The notes beneath the pieces were generated by a model. The model had not been told where the DNA came from. It made no database searches and worked only from the letters and a program-made list of their open reading frames with translations. The translations under genes and the position numbers were made by a program. DNA of 63,678 nt, counting the filler, from Deltaproteobacteria bacterium (GTDB lineage Bacteria; JACQOV01), in assembly GCA_016202395.1 (NCBI GenBank). It is 5 parts of 5 records of this genome, joined end to end, with 100 filler letters (N's around TTAATTAATTAA, not from the genome) between each part and the next. Parts side by side here need not be neighbours in the genome. Positions count along the whole stretch, not along the records: positions 10,346 to 33,222 come from JACQOV010000050.1; 4 more parts are not named here. One strand, given 5' to 3'. Positions within the stretch are counted from its first letter, which is position 1; each line of letters begins with the position of its first letter. This document shows, one piece after another, positions 16,448 to 27,040 of this stretch.

Positions 16448-19400
16448 ATGCGACGCCTCCTCCTTATCTTAATTCCGTCTCTTCTCATTGTATGGGCAGT
16501 GATTCTCCTCTTTTTTTATCGCTCTGATTTTGAAACAAAAGCCTTTGGCGCCCTTCAAAATGTGCTACAAAGTCGATGGAATGTTCAGTTGACCGCAGAG
16601 CATGTCCGCTGGCAAATCTGGCCTCCTCGCATTGAGATCCTTGACGCAGAATTTGCTCTTCCCGAGGAGGCTATTTCTGTTAAAGCGAAACGGATCTTTG
16701 CCTACTGGAACCCCTCCGCTCTCTTGTTGGGGATAGTTCGCCTCCGTTCTGTGGAGGTTTCCTCTCCAGAGATATCGGTGGATATCGAAAAGGCCCGTTC
16801 CTTACTGCCTTCCTCGGGTAAAAAAAAGAAGCGGAGCACGATTACCTCTTTTCCTCTGGTGATCGCAAATTTAAGACTCTCCGATGGAATTATTCGTTTG
16901 CAAGAGAGTTCCACAGGACTTCGGCTCACCAGTTACGATTTTGGTCTTCAAGGAAAAGTCGATCTGCGGGGACCTCATCTGGATCTGAGATTGGCCTTCG
17001 CTCCCATGGAGGTTCAATACCAAAATCAGATTCACCGGATTGAGATGGCTCAAACCGAGCTGGTTATGAAAAAGGGGCTATTGGAATGGAGAGAGGCCTT
17101 GATCCATAGCTCTTGGGTTCACTTGGAGGGGGAAGGGAGATTGGATCTCGGTCCAAAAAAAACCTTGTGGTCTCGCGCGCAAGGAAGCGCCGATCTTTCT
17201 ATTTTGAGTTCCCTTTATCCTCGATGGGGAGCTTTGAACGGGAAAGTAAAGGGGGAATGGATTGCGGAGGGGAGATGGGGCGATCTTCTCTCTCACGGTC
17301 ATGTCGATGTAAAAGGATTTGTTGGAAAGAGCTATGCCTTGGATCTCCTTCAAACCGATTTCCGTTTCTCTCAAGAAAAGATGGAGTTTCATCCTCTTCA
17401 CGCTACCTTGGAAAAAGGGGAGCTCGAAGGAAAAATAGAAATAGAGGCCAGAGCGCCTCATGTTTTTTCGGCCTCTTTGGATCTCCGTTCCGTGGAGTTC
17501 GCGGATTGGATGAGACGTTTTCACGTTCGGAAAAATCGTGTGGCATTGGGTGTGGAAGGGCATGTGGAGGCGAAAGGGGAATTGGGAGTGCCATTGGGAG
17601 CCCCTTGGATTGTAGAGGCCCAAACAGAACTTGAGCTTAGCCATTTTTCGATTTTTAAAAAGCCCCTTGGAGATCTTGTCTCGGAGAGTGTTGTGGAGTT
17701 TGCCGATAGTCAACTCACAGCCCAAGTTCGAGCCTCTTCGAGGGAAATCTCCATTGACGAAGGGATTTTGAGATCGAGTGGAGCCGAGATTCAATGGGGG
17801 GGTGCCATCGCTTTTCCTAACCATCTGGATCTTCAATTTTCCTCCAGTAATTTTGACTTGGGTGTTGCAAAGAAGGTAGGTCCCATCCCGTTGGCGGGAA
17901 AAGGCTCTCTCTCGGGGCGAATGTATGGAAGGCTCAAAGATCCCACGATCGAGGGAGAGGTCGATTTGGAGGAGTTCAAGGTTCTTGAATTCCGCGTGGG
18001 GAAGATTCAAGGGCCCGTTCTTTATCAGAACCGTCAGTTGGCGTTTCCTCAAGTCGCTGTCTTGAGTGGGACGAGCGAGATCGTTTCGCAGGTATACGTA
18101 GAGTTTGCGAATCCCCCCATGGTTTCTGTGGATGTCTCTTTTGAAAAGGCTGCTGTGTCCGATCTCTCTTACCTTTTAGGGGGGAGATTCCCTCTCGATT
18201 TTCTAGAAGGTCATGTCGAAGGGGAGGCCACGGGAAAACTGGCCCTCTCAGGGGAAGGAAAGAGGCTCAACGGCAGTGGCTCCTTTCAGATGGAGCAAGT
18301 TGCTGTCTATGAAGAGCGATTTGAGAACGGAGCTGTGGAGCTAGAGTGGACGGAGGGGGACGTCAAAATCCATTCGGCGCGACTGAAGAAAGGGGAAGGA
18401 GAGGTTTTAGTCTCTGGGGTTTTGGATCGAGAAGGAAAGCTCGATATAGAGTTGACCTCTACGAATCTCAATGCAAAGCATTCCAATAGACTTCAGAAAA
18501 TGGGCTTGGAACTGGATGCCCCTATTCAATGGAGCGGTAGTTGGAAGGGGACTCGTCAGGAGAAGGTTTTAGAGGCGTGGGTCGTTTCTCAGCCGGGTCT
18601 CTTAAACACGGTCCCTTTTCAAGGGGGAAAAGGGGGTGTTCATTGGGATGGAAAGAATGTGAGGCTCAACCTGGCGTTGGAGCCTGCGCTATTCCAAGGG
18701 GTCCTCACATTCGATCTGGATCCTGGCAAGCGAAGGTATGAGGTGATGGCTGATTTCCAGAATTGGGATGTCGTCCCTTGGACCGGCTGGTATCGCAAGT
18801 GGAAGAAGGCATCGACCGTGGCCACAGGGCATCTTTCACTTCAAGGAGGGCTCGATCGATGGAAAGAGCCGGACGGAGTTTTGGAGCTCCAAAAACTGAT
18901 TTTGTCCCAAAATGGTCTGTCGGCCCAACTGGAGAGGCCAGCCCAAGTCCAATGGAGGGGAAGGAATTGGTCGACTGTAATGACGTGGATTGGCGATCAA
19001 ACTCGGGTCTCGGTCGAAGGGAGATCCCAAGAGGGGGATCAAGAACTGATTCTCAAGGGGGATGCGGATCTCCGCCTTGCAACCCTCATTATCCAAGGGT
19101 TGGATCGATCGGAAGGGGAGCTTCACTTCGATGCCCAGTGGGGTTCCAAACGGGGTTGGCACGGAAAAGCGGCCATTCGGGAAGGATTTTTTTCCTTTGG
19201 AAAACTAAGTCAAGGGTTTGAAAATGTGGAAACGGAGTTCGATCTCAAAGGGGATCGGATTCAGATCGATTCCTTCCGTGGGCAATGGGGGGGTGGAGCC
19301 GTGCGGGCCGATGGTTTCTTGGGTGTCGATCGCTTTCGATTGGAGTACGTCGATCTCCGGTTCGATTTTTCGAACGTTTTTTGGCATCACCCCGAATCGT

Positions 19401-20404
19401 TGACCGCCAATGCGCGGGGGAAACTTTATCTTTCAGGGGAGATGGATCGGTTGGTTTTATCAGGATCGATCGTTGCCAGCCAAGGAGTCTATGACGAGAG
19501 GGTTTCCGTGAGCGAGCGACTCTTTGAGTTTGGAGGGGGGCGTGGTCGAGGAGAGGTGGTTCGTCGCCAAGAGAAAGGGGAAATCCAATTCGACATGGCG
19601 ATCGAGATGGATGACAATGTGGTCGTTCGAGCCAATGGGGTTCAGGCAGAGCTGCGAGGGAACGCCAACCTGATGGGGGATACAAGGAATGTGGGGCTTT
19701 TAGGGTCCTTTGAGATCGTGGAGGGGAGGATGAGTTATCGAGGGAACCGTTTTGAGGTCGATAGCGGCGTTGTCGACTTCACACGGGAAACGGAGGTAGA
19801 CCCCGTTATTCAGACGGAGGCTCGCATGGTCAAAAAGGACCGATTTACGGGAACGGAGTATGAGGTTCAGATGTTTGTTTCGGGATCTTTGCGCAAGATG
19901 CCTCGGATCGATTTTGTGACCGATCCCCCCCTTTCAGAATGGCAGGTGACCCAACTCCTGCTTTTTAGTTACGTCGGGACAGAGGCAGCCAGTTTAGGAG
20001 CTTTTGCCACGGCGGAGGCTTTCTCATTGACAGGAGGTCTGTTCTTGGAGAATTTCGAAAGGGTCAGTCGTTCCATCGAGGAATCGACCGGTGAGAACTT
20101 TTCTCAATACGTGACTCCCGATCGATTGGAGCTGGAGTCGAGCTACTCTTCTCGTGTTAATGCAACCAATCCTCGGGTCACCGTGGGAAAAACATTGCAA
20201 GCCGATCTTAGCGTCTCGTACTCGAGAACGATCGATGTTTCCGGAAGCGGGCTTTCTGAGCAGGCGGCGACGCTCGAGTATCGTTTGACCCGTTCGATCT
20301 CTTTGTTGGGGAATTGGAATAACGAGGTTCTTCGGGGAGAGGATCCGGAGGAGAGTGTAGGAAATTTTGGGGCGGACTTAAAGTTTGGTTTTGAATTTGA
20401 ATAG
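16448..20404 (+). CDS. tamB: TamB / AsmA-like translocation and assembly module protein
   Basis: N-terminal anchor, long beta-rich body, DUF490-like C-terminus (GNRFEVDSGVVDF, TLEYRLTRSISL, GADLKFGFEFE); adjacent to an Omp85 gene. Confidence 0.85.
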   Translation: MRRLLLILIPSLLIVWAVILLFFYRSDFETKAFGALQNVLQSRWNVQLTAEHVRWQIWPPRIEILDAEFALPEEAISVKAKRIFAYWNPSALLLGIVRLRSVEVSSPEISVDIEKARSLLPSSGKKKKRSTITSFPLVIANLRLSDGIIRLQESSTGLRLTSYDFGLQGKVDLRGPHLDLRLAFAPMEVQYQNQIHRIEMAQTELVMKKGLLEWREALIHSSWVHLEGEGRLDLGPKKTLWSRAQGSADLSILSSLYPRWGALNGKVKGEWIAEGRWGDLLSHGHVDVKGFVGKSYALDLLQTDFRFSQEKMEFHPLHATLEKGELEGKIEIEARAPHVFSASLDLRSVEFADWMRRFHVRKNRVALGVEGHVEAKGELGVPLGAPWIVEAQTELELSHFSIFKKPLGDLVSESVVEFADSQLTAQVRASSREISIDEGILRSSGAEIQWGGAIAFPNHLDLQFSSSNFDLGVAKKVGPIPLAGKGSLSGRMYGRLKDPTIEGEVDLEEFKVLEFRVGKIQGPVLYQNRQLAFPQVAVLSGTSEIVSQVYVEFANPPMVSVDVSFEKAAVSDLSYLLGGRFPLDFLEGHVEGEATGKLALSGEGKRLNGSGSFQMEQVAVYEERFENGAVELEWTEGDVKIHSARLKKGEGEVLVSGVLDREGKLDIELTSTNLNAKHSNRLQKMGLELDAPIQWSGSWKGTRQEKVLEAWVVSQPGLLNTVPFQGGKGGVHWDGKNVRLNLALEPALFQGVLTFDLDPGKRRYEVMADFQNWDVVPWTGWYRKWKKASTVATGHLSLQGGLDRWKEPDGVLELQKLILSQNGLSAQLERPAQVQWRGRNWSTVMTWIGDQTRVSVEGRSQEGDQELILKGDADLRLATLIIQGLDRSEGELHFDAQWGSKRGWHGKAAIREGFFSFGKLSQGFENVETEFDLKGDRIQIDSFRGQWGGGAVRADGFLGVDRFRLEYVDLRFDFSNVFWHHPESLTANARGKLYLSGEMDRLVLSGSIVASQGVYDERVSVSERLFEFGGGRGRGEVVRRQEKGEIQFDMAIEMDDNVVVRANGVQAELRGNANLMGDTRNVGLLGSFEIVEGRMSYRGNRFEVDSGVVDFTRETEVDPVIQTEARMVKKDRFTGTEYEVQMFVSGSLRKMPRIDFVTDPPLSEWQVTQLLLFSYVGTEAASLGAFATAEAFSLTGGLFLENFERVSRSIEESTGENFSQYVTPDRLELESSYSSRVNATNPRVTVGKTLQADLSVSYSRTIDVSGSGLSEQAATLEYRLTRSISLLGNWNNEVLRGEDPEESVGNFGADLKFGFEFE

Positions 20405-20408
20405 TCGG

Positions 20409-23400
20409 ATGTTGATGTCATTGAAAATACCCTTTGAGCGAACTTCGCGAGATTTTTGGGGGACCCGTCTTGGCGAGGAGGAGCGTTCCCGTACGGACCT
20501 ACGGGTCCTGTCATGGGGTTTCCCCCAGGCGTGCTCCACTGTCCGCGCGCCTGGGGGGCCCCCACCCCATGCCACCCGTAGGTCCGTACGGGACGATTTC
20601 TGCTGTTTGAGCCCGAAGGGCGAGTTCAGAAATCGAGCGACCCGAGCCTTAGACGGGTCAAAAATCTCGCGTGTGAGCGAAAAGGGTGTTTTTAATGGCG
20701 CTTTGTGTGCGGTTTTTCTAATGATTTGTTTGGCAATTCCGTTGGCTGCGTGGGCGGGGGAGATGGTGAGGGAGATTGAGTTGGTTGTTCCTCAAGGGGT
20801 GCGAGAGAGTGAAATCGTGCCGCTCTTAGGGATCTCCGAAGGGGAAGAGTTCTCTTCTCTGAAGGTGGATCAGGGGTTGCGTCGACTTTACGCTAAAGGG
20901 CTTTTTCGCGATATTGAAGTCCATCGAGAAGAGATTCCAGAAGGGATTCGGCTCATTTATCTTTTCTACCCTCAGTGGCGGTTGGGAAGTTGGAGCTTTT
21001 CGGGGAACGGTCGGCTCTCCGGTCGGCGATTGACTCGTCTCCTAAGACTTCAAGTGGGGGAGTCCGTTGATCCTGAGTTTGTGGAGGAATGGAAGCAGAG
21101 GATTGTGGGGGCCTACCAAGAGGAGGGTTTCCCCAATGCCTCCGTTCAGATGGAGTTGAAACAACGTCGTCGACTTCAGTATCGTGTGGACTTTAAGATT
21201 AACGAGGGGGCTGGAAGTCGAATTCGCGCCATCCAGTTTGTGGGGAGTCCTGCCCTTTTGGATTCGGAACTGCTGAAGGCAATCGATTTAAAGGTGGGAG
21301 ATCTTTTTAGTCAGGACAAATTGCGATCCTCTATTAAAGAACTCAAGAGATTGTATTTCGAAAAGGAATACTACGAGGTTCGAATCGGGGAGGGGCAGCT
21401 TCTAGCGACAGGGGCTCCTGGAGAAGTGGAGTTTTTCCTCCCTATTTTTTCAGGAGTTCGATATCTGTTAGAGTTTGAACAAGATTCTCTCCATTCCTTT
21501 TCTCGTTCTCGATTGAAGAAGGCGTTGGGCTGGTCTCGAGAGGAGGAGATTCGGATCAGTCGGGGTTTTTTAGATCTTTCCTCAGAGCGGCTCGTTCAAT
21601 TCTTGCAGGAGAAGGGCTATCCGTTTGCAACCGCCAAGCCGGAAGTGGTGGCCAAACCAGAAATAGTGGAAGGCGCCGAAGAAAAGAAGATTGTGTTTCA
21701 CCTCAGTTTGGGCGAACAGGCGCGAATTCGTGAGATGGAATGGCAAGGGATTGAGGCGTTTGAGGAGGAGGACTTAGAAGAAGAGATGTGGACACGGGAA
21801 TCGAAGCCGATCCGTTTTGGCCTATGGAAAGTCATCGGCCGCCTTTTGGGTCGTGTGCATCGGGGATATTTTATCAGGCCCGAATTGGAGAAGGATCTCG
21901 AGGCTGTCCGCAGTTTCTACCATGAGAATGGATATCTCGATGCGGCGGTTGAGATCAGCCAAGTGGAGTTCGACGAGGAGATCCATGGGATCCATTTGAC
22001 GATTGGAGCGATCGAAGGGGCTCAGGTGCGAGTCAACGAGGTGGTTTTTTATGGGAATCAATCTCTAACGGAGAAAGAGTTACGTCAGAGGGTTCCCATT
22101 CAAGTTGGAGAGCCGGTGAATCTCAAGGAGGTCGATGAATATCGGAATCAACTGGAGTTGGAGTACGTTCGTCGAGGTTACATCGAGGCCCGAGTCGAGG
22201 TGGAGACAATTTATCATGCCGAAGAGCCCTGGGTGGATGTCCATTATAATATTTACGAGGGAAAACAATATCGTTTCGGTCAGACCCTTTTTAGCGGAAA
22301 TCGACTCACGAAGGATTTTATTCTTGAAAGAGAGATGCGGCTAGAGGAAGGAGATCCCTACGATGCGGAACAGATCTTTGCGTCTCAAAGAAAGCTCTAC
22401 CAGTTGGGGCTTTTCCGCAGCGTGACGATGGAGCCGGTCTCTTTCTCAACCGATGAGCAGATTCAGGATCTGGTCGTTCGAGTGAAAGAGAGAAAGCCGG
22501 GGTTGGTGGAATTTGGATTTGGTTACGGAACGGCCGAAGGGATTCGTGGGTTCGCAGGAGTGACTTATCGAAACTTATTTGGGACGGCCCGGAGCCTCTT
22601 TCTCAGAGGGAGTGCCAGTTATTTTGCCAAGCAGTTAGAGCTGACCAGCCCCGATACCGATCTCCCCGATGGGCTCAATGAGGAGAAGATAGAGGTTGGT
22701 TACAAGGAGCCTTGGCTTTTCGGTTACGACGTGGATTTACGGCTCAATTACATCAACCAACTCTTAAGAGAGATCGATTTTGATTCGAGAGGGAATAGTT
22801 TCATTGCCGCTCTGGATCGCGAGTTCACTCCTACATTGAAAGGGACGCTCCAATATCAATTTGAGCTCCTTCGGCGTTTCAACGTCGATGCCGGTGCGAC
22901 CGACGTGGAAGAGGGGACGGTGCAACTGAGTTTGATCGGCCCCATTCTGATTTGGGACACGCGAGATGATCCCTTCAATACGCAGCGAGGGCATTTCACC
23001 ACGTTTCAAACCGAAGTTTCTGACGAGCTTCTTCTGACGAAGGAAGAATTTGTAAAAAATCAATTGAAGAGCACCCACTTTTTTCGGCTAATTGGTCCTC
23101 TCTCTGCGGTGGCTGGCGGGCAAGCCGGCTTGGCTTTTACCTATGACGAGACAGAATCGATCCCTCGGGAGGAGAGGTTTTTCCTGGGGGGAGGAACCTC
23201 GGTTCGTGGCTTCAGCCAAGACAGCATTGGTCCCATTGAGGTGGATTCGGAAGGGAATCGGATTCCTCTCGGAGGAGAAGCGGTGTTGAGCTATAGTTTG
23301 GCGCTTCGTTTTCCGATTTGGAGAAACTTTGGAGGGGCATTTTTCCAAGATGGCGGGGCCGTTTGGGAGGATTTCGATCACATCAATCTCGAGGACCTTC

Positions 23401-23534
23401 GATTTTCAGCGGGGATGGGTTTGCGGTATCGAACGCCTGTTGGACCCCTTCGACTCGATTGGGGCTACAAACTCGATCGCCAACCGGAAGAATCTGCAGG
23501 CGAATTTCATTTCCTCATCGGCAACGTGTTTTAG
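20409..23534 (+). CDS. Omp85-family (TamA/BamA-like) protein with multiple POTRA domains; start uncertain
   Basis: POTRA repeats (LYAKGLFRDI, GYLDAAV, LYQLGLFRSV), ERFFLGGGTSVRGF, GLRYRTPVGPLRLDWG, C-terminal Phe. Confidence 0.88.
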   Translation: MLMSLKIPFERTSRDFWGTRLGEEERSRTDLRVLSWGFPQACSTVRAPGGPPPHATRRSVRDDFCCLSPKGEFRNRATRALDGSKISRVSEKGVFNGALCAVFLMICLAIPLAAWAGEMVREIELVVPQGVRESEIVPLLGISEGEEFSSLKVDQGLRRLYAKGLFRDIEVHREEIPEGIRLIYLFYPQWRLGSWSFSGNGRLSGRRLTRLLRLQVGESVDPEFVEEWKQRIVGAYQEEGFPNASVQMELKQRRRLQYRVDFKINEGAGSRIRAIQFVGSPALLDSELLKAIDLKVGDLFSQDKLRSSIKELKRLYFEKEYYEVRIGEGQLLATGAPGEVEFFLPIFSGVRYLLEFEQDSLHSFSRSRLKKALGWSREEEIRISRGFLDLSSERLVQFLQEKGYPFATAKPEVVAKPEIVEGAEEKKIVFHLSLGEQARIREMEWQGIEAFEEEDLEEEMWTRESKPIRFGLWKVIGRLLGRVHRGYFIRPELEKDLEAVRSFYHENGYLDAAVEISQVEFDEEIHGIHLTIGAIEGAQVRVNEVVFYGNQSLTEKELRQRVPIQVGEPVNLKEVDEYRNQLELEYVRRGYIEARVEVETIYHAEEPWVDVHYNIYEGKQYRFGQTLFSGNRLTKDFILEREMRLEEGDPYDAEQIFASQRKLYQLGLFRSVTMEPVSFSTDEQIQDLVVRVKERKPGLVEFGFGYGTAEGIRGFAGVTYRNLFGTARSLFLRGSASYFAKQLELTSPDTDLPDGLNEEKIEVGYKEPWLFGYDVDLRLNYINQLLREIDFDSRGNSFIAALDREFTPTLKGTLQYQFELLRRFNVDAGATDVEEGTVQLSLIGPILIWDTRDDPFNTQRGHFTTFQTEVSDELLLTKEEFVKNQLKSTHFFRLIGPLSAVAGGQAGLAFTYDETESIPREERFFLGGGTSVRGFSQDSIGPIEVDSEGNRIPLGGEAVLSYSLALRFPIWRNFGGAFFQDGGAVWEDFDHINLEDLRFSAGMGLRYRTPVGPLRLDWGYKLDRQPEESAGEFHFLIGNVF
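20419..20697 (+). repeat. Family A copy A2 with nested long hairpin, in frame with the Omp85 ORF
   Basis: Terminal IR CATTGAAAATACCCTTT / AAAGGGTGTTTTTAATG; family A core; inner perfect 19-bp stem CCCGTACGGACCTACGGGT; 279 bp. Confidence 0.88.
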
Positions 23535-23581
23535 CGCCAAATTGAATAATCGAGTCAATTGAGATATAAATTGCATCCAAC

Positions 23582-24271
23582 ATGCGTAAAAAAGGGGTGT
23601 TAATTACCTTTGAAGGGGTGGAAGGCTCGGGGAAGAGCACACAGCTCCCTCTCCTCTCTGATCATTTGAAGAAGCTCGGATTGGAGGTGGTGGTCACACG
23701 CGAGCCTGGGGGAACGGCACTAGGTAAGGAAGTTCGTAGTCTGCTTGTTGAAAAAAAAGATTGGTCCATGGAGCCTATCGCGGAACTTTTTCTCTATCTC
23801 TCAGACCGTGCTCAGCATATTGCAGAAATACTCCAGCCTGCGCTACAAAGTGGCAAAATCATCTTGTGTGATCGATTTAGTGACGCTACGCTTGCCTATC
23901 AAGGTTATGGGCGGGGATTGCCAATACAAGAAATTATCAAGGCCAACGCATTAGTTACAAAAGGGATTCGACCTTCTCTTACATTTTTATTGGATTGTCC
24001 TATTGCAATGGGGCTGTGGAGGGCCAATCAGAGGGTTCTTAAGGTTCTTGGAGCATCGCCGCTAGGAGTTGAGGATCGTTTTGAAAAAGAGCCTACGGAC
24101 TTTCATCAGAGAGTACGTCAAGGATATTTAGAATTAGCAAAGGGAGAGCCCCAGAGATTTTGTGTAATCGACGCATCAAAATCTGAAGAGGAGATTCGAG
24201 AAGAAATCTTGCAGGAGGTAATGAGATTTTTTGGACTTGAGGATAGAAGATGGCGTTTGTTGATCTTATAG
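23582..24271 (+). CDS. tmk: Thymidylate kinase
   Basis: ITFEGVEGSGKST, TREPGG, CDRFSDATLAYQGYGRG. Confidence 0.96.
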   Translation: MRKKGVLITFEGVEGSGKSTQLPLLSDHLKKLGLEVVVTREPGGTALGKEVRSLLVEKKDWSMEPIAELFLYLSDRAQHIAEILQPALQSGKIILCDRFSDATLAYQGYGRGLPIQEIIKANALVTKGIRPSLTFLLDCPIAMGLWRANQRVLKVLGASPLGVEDRFEKEPTDFHQRVRQGYLELAKGEPQRFCVIDASKSEEEIREEILQEVMRFFGLEDRRWRLLIL

Positions 24272-25152
24272 GACAGAGCGAGTCGATTCAACGCTTGGAA
24301 AAGTCGATCTATGAAAATCGGTTGTCGCATGCCTATCTCTTTTTTGGGCCGGCAGGGGTTGGGAAAAGAACAGCGGCTCTAGCGTTAGCCAAACGACTCC
24401 TTTGCGAAAGGCCACAGGAAATAAAATCTTGTGGTCCATGTTCTGCTTGCCTCAAGGTGGAAAAAGGGGTTCATCCCGATCTTCGTCTTGTGGCGGTGGA
24501 AGAGAACTCGATCAAGATCGATCTCATCCGAGAAATCCAAAACTGGCTTGCGATAATTCCATTTGAGGCGAATCGAAAGGTTGTCATCTTTGATCACGCG
24601 GAAAAGATCAGCCGCGGCGCAGCGAATGCCCTTTTAAAAACGCTTGAGGAACCTCCCTCGCATGCTTTGATGATTTTAGTCGCTCCCGCAGTGCAATCGA
24701 TTCTTCCCACGGTGGCCTCCCGTTGTCAGAAGATCCCTTTTAGGTCACTGACCCCAGAAGAGCTTATGGAGGGTCTCAAACGCCTGAGCCTATACGATGC
24801 GCAAATCGACTCGATTGTCCCTTGGGCTCAAGGAAGTTTAGGGAAAGCGATCCAATTGAAAAATCAGATGGAAGAGGTAACGGCCCTCACGGATGGTTTT
24901 TTTTCGTTTCAAAAATTTAGATCGGAGAGGGTCGCGCTAATCGAGAAAATATTTAAGGAAAGGGAGAATTGGGAATGGTGTTACGATGTGATAGCTTTAA
25001 TGATTAGAAAACAAATCATAAAAGAGGAGAAAGGTTTCGAATGGATGGATGCCTTGGGAGAGTTCTATCGAGCCCTTGAGCTCAATGTAGCTCCACGGAT
25101 TGCGATTGAGCGATTCTTTTATCGTGTAGAGCAAGGAGGAGTGCGTGTCTAA
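24250..25152 (+). CDS. holB: DNA polymerase III delta' subunit
   Basis: HAYLFFGPAGVGK, Zn cysteines, HPD, AANALLKTLEEP, SRCQ. Confidence 0.92.
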   Translation: MAFVDLIGQSESIQRLEKSIYENRLSHAYLFFGPAGVGKRTAALALAKRLLCERPQEIKSCGPCSACLKVEKGVHPDLRLVAVEENSIKIDLIREIQNWLAIIPFEANRKVVIFDHAEKISRGAANALLKTLEEPPSHALMILVAPAVQSILPTVASRCQKIPFRSLTPEELMEGLKRLSLYDAQIDSIVPWAQGSLGKAIQLKNQMEEVTALTDGFFSFQKFRSERVALIEKIFKERENWEWCYDVIALMIRKQIIKEEKGFEWMDALGEFYRALELNVAPRIAIERFFYRVEQGGVRV

Positions 25153-27040
25153 GAACAGTTTTTATGTCACGACCCCTATTTATTATGTGAATGACCGACC
25201 GCATATTGGCCATGCTTATACCACGGTTGCCGCCGACGTGCTGGCTCGTTTCCATCGGCTCGAAGGAGAAGAGGTGTTCTTTCTCACAGGGACCGATGAA
25301 CATGGGAAAAAAGTGGAGCAAGCCGCTCAAGAGCAACAATTGAATGCAGTGGAGCTTGCCAACAATCAGGTCATCGAATTCAAAAACCTGTGGAGCGCGT
25401 TGTCAATCTCGAACGATGCCTTTATCCGAACCACCGAAGAACGCCATGCGAGAGCGGTTCGAGAACTTTGGCGCCGAGTGGCGGGAAAAGGGGAGATTTA
25501 TCTCGGGGAGTATGAAGATTGGTACTGCACACCCTGCGAGACTTATTGGACCCAGATGCAATTGAAGGATGGAAGGTGTCCCGATTGCGGAAGGCCAGTG
25601 GAAAAACTCAAAGAGGCCAGTTATTTTTTTAGGCTAAGTCGTTATCAGGAAAAACTCCTCCAATTCTACAAGGAGAATCCTCATTTCATCCAGCCGGAAT
25701 CTCGAAGAAACGAGGTCATCCGATTTGTGGAAAGTGGGCTTCGCGATTTGAGCATTAGCCGCGCTGGATTTCATTGGGGGATTCCCGTGCCGGAGAATCC
25801 CAAACATGTCGTCTACGTTTGGTTTGATGCCTTGGCGAACTATTTAACGGCTATCGGTTTTCCCAAGGATTCGCAGAAAGTGAATAAATTCTGGCCTGCC
25901 GATATCCATTTGGTGGGGAAAGATATTCTCCGTTTTCATGCCATTTATTGGCCTGCTTTTTTGATGGCCGCAGGGTTGCCATTGCCAAAGAAGATTTTTG
26001 CCCATGGTTGGTGGACAGTAGAAGGGCAGAAGATGAGCAAGTCGCTTCGGAATGTAGTGAACCCTTTGGATCTGGTCGCTCGATATGGAACGGATGTGAC
26101 TCGGTACTTCCTTTTGCGCGAGGTCCCCTTCGGTTTGGATGGAGATTATTCGGAGAAGGCGATCCGTGAACGAAATAACAGTGACCTTGCCAACAATCTT
26201 GGAAATCTTGTGCAACGAACCCTCACTTTGGCTCAGAGAAATTTTCCGGAGGGAATTCTTAAAAAAGGGGAGCCTGCGGAGAGCGAGCAAAAGATCCAAT
26301 CTCAGGGAGAAGCGGTTTTGAGGCAACTGCGCCAAGATCTTTCAGAGGTGGCATTTCACAAGGCATTGATCGGGATTTGGGGATGGGTTGATTCACTGAA
26401 TCGTTACATCGATCAGATTCAGCCCTGGTTTCTCGCAAAAGATCCGAATCAAAGAGTGCGACTGGAGACGGTTCTTTACACCCTCCTAGAATCACTTCGG
26501 TTCATTGCCGTCACTCTTTTTCCGTTTATGCCAGGAGCCGCGCAGCGTTTGTGGAAGCAACTGGGTGTGTCACAGTCTATCGACACGGCTCGATGGAGTG
26601 AGCTTCGATGGGGAGAGCTTCCGGAAAAATTGGCTTGGCCTGACAAGCTCGAAAATCTTTTCCCAAGAATGGAGGCGCCTATGGAAGAGAAAGAAGAGGT
26701 TGCGGTGGTTTCTCAAAACTCTCAGATCGAACTCTCAGATTTTAAGAAGGTGGAACTTCGAACCGTCAAAGTGTTGGCTGCCAAGAGGGTGCCCGAGGCC
26801 GATAAGCTCCTAGAGCTTCGGGTCGATGCAGGAGAGGAGAGAACCGTTGTTGCTGGCATTGCGACTTCTTATTCACCGGAGAATCTAGTGGGGAAAACAA
26901 TTGTGATTGTGTCTAATTTAAAACCGCGGAAGCTCAAAGGGATTGAATCGCAGGGGATGGTGTTAGCGGTGGGGGAGGCTCCCAATGTGAAAGTTCTCAC
27001 GGTCGATGGGGAAGTTCCTCCTGGAACTCGCGTAAAATGA
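25145..27040 (+). CDS. metG: Methionine-tRNA ligase with C-terminal tRNA-binding domain
   Basis: TTPIYYVN, HIGH, KMSKS, C-terminal GIESQGM. Confidence 0.97.
   Translation: MSKNSFYVTTPIYYVNDRPHIGHAYTTVAADVLARFHRLEGEEVFFLTGTDEHGKKVEQAAQEQQLNAVELANNQVIEFKNLWSALSISNDAFIRTTEERHARAVRELWRRVAGKGEIYLGEYEDWYCTPCETYWTQMQLKDGRCPDCGRPVEKLKEASYFFRLSRYQEKLLQFYKENPHFIQPESRRNEVIRFVESGLRDLSISRAGFHWGIPVPENPKHVVYVWFDALANYLTAIGFPKDSQKVNKFWPADIHLVGKDILRFHAIYWPAFLMAAGLPLPKKIFAHGWWTVEGQKMSKSLRNVVNPLDLVARYGTDVTRYFLLREVPFGLDGDYSEKAIRERNNSDLANNLGNLVQRTLTLAQRNFPEGILKKGEPAESEQKIQSQGEAVLRQLRQDLSEVAFHKALIGIWGWVDSLNRYIDQIQPWFLAKDPNQRVRLETVLYTLLESLRFIAVTLFPFMPGAAQRLWKQLGVSQSIDTARWSELRWGELPEKLAWPDKLENLFPRMEAPMEEKEEVAVVSQNSQIELSDFKKVELRTVKVLAAKRVPEADKLLELRVDAGEERTVVAGIATSYSPENLVGKTIVIVSNLKPRKLKGIESQGMVLAVGEAPNVKVLTVDGEVPPGTRVK

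Noticed and set aside
17078-18052. Long antisense ORFs such as this 324-aa frame, 10989-11753, 26869-27507 and 42429-43064
   Set aside because: Shadows of well-supported genes on the opposite strand with no recognisable motifs.
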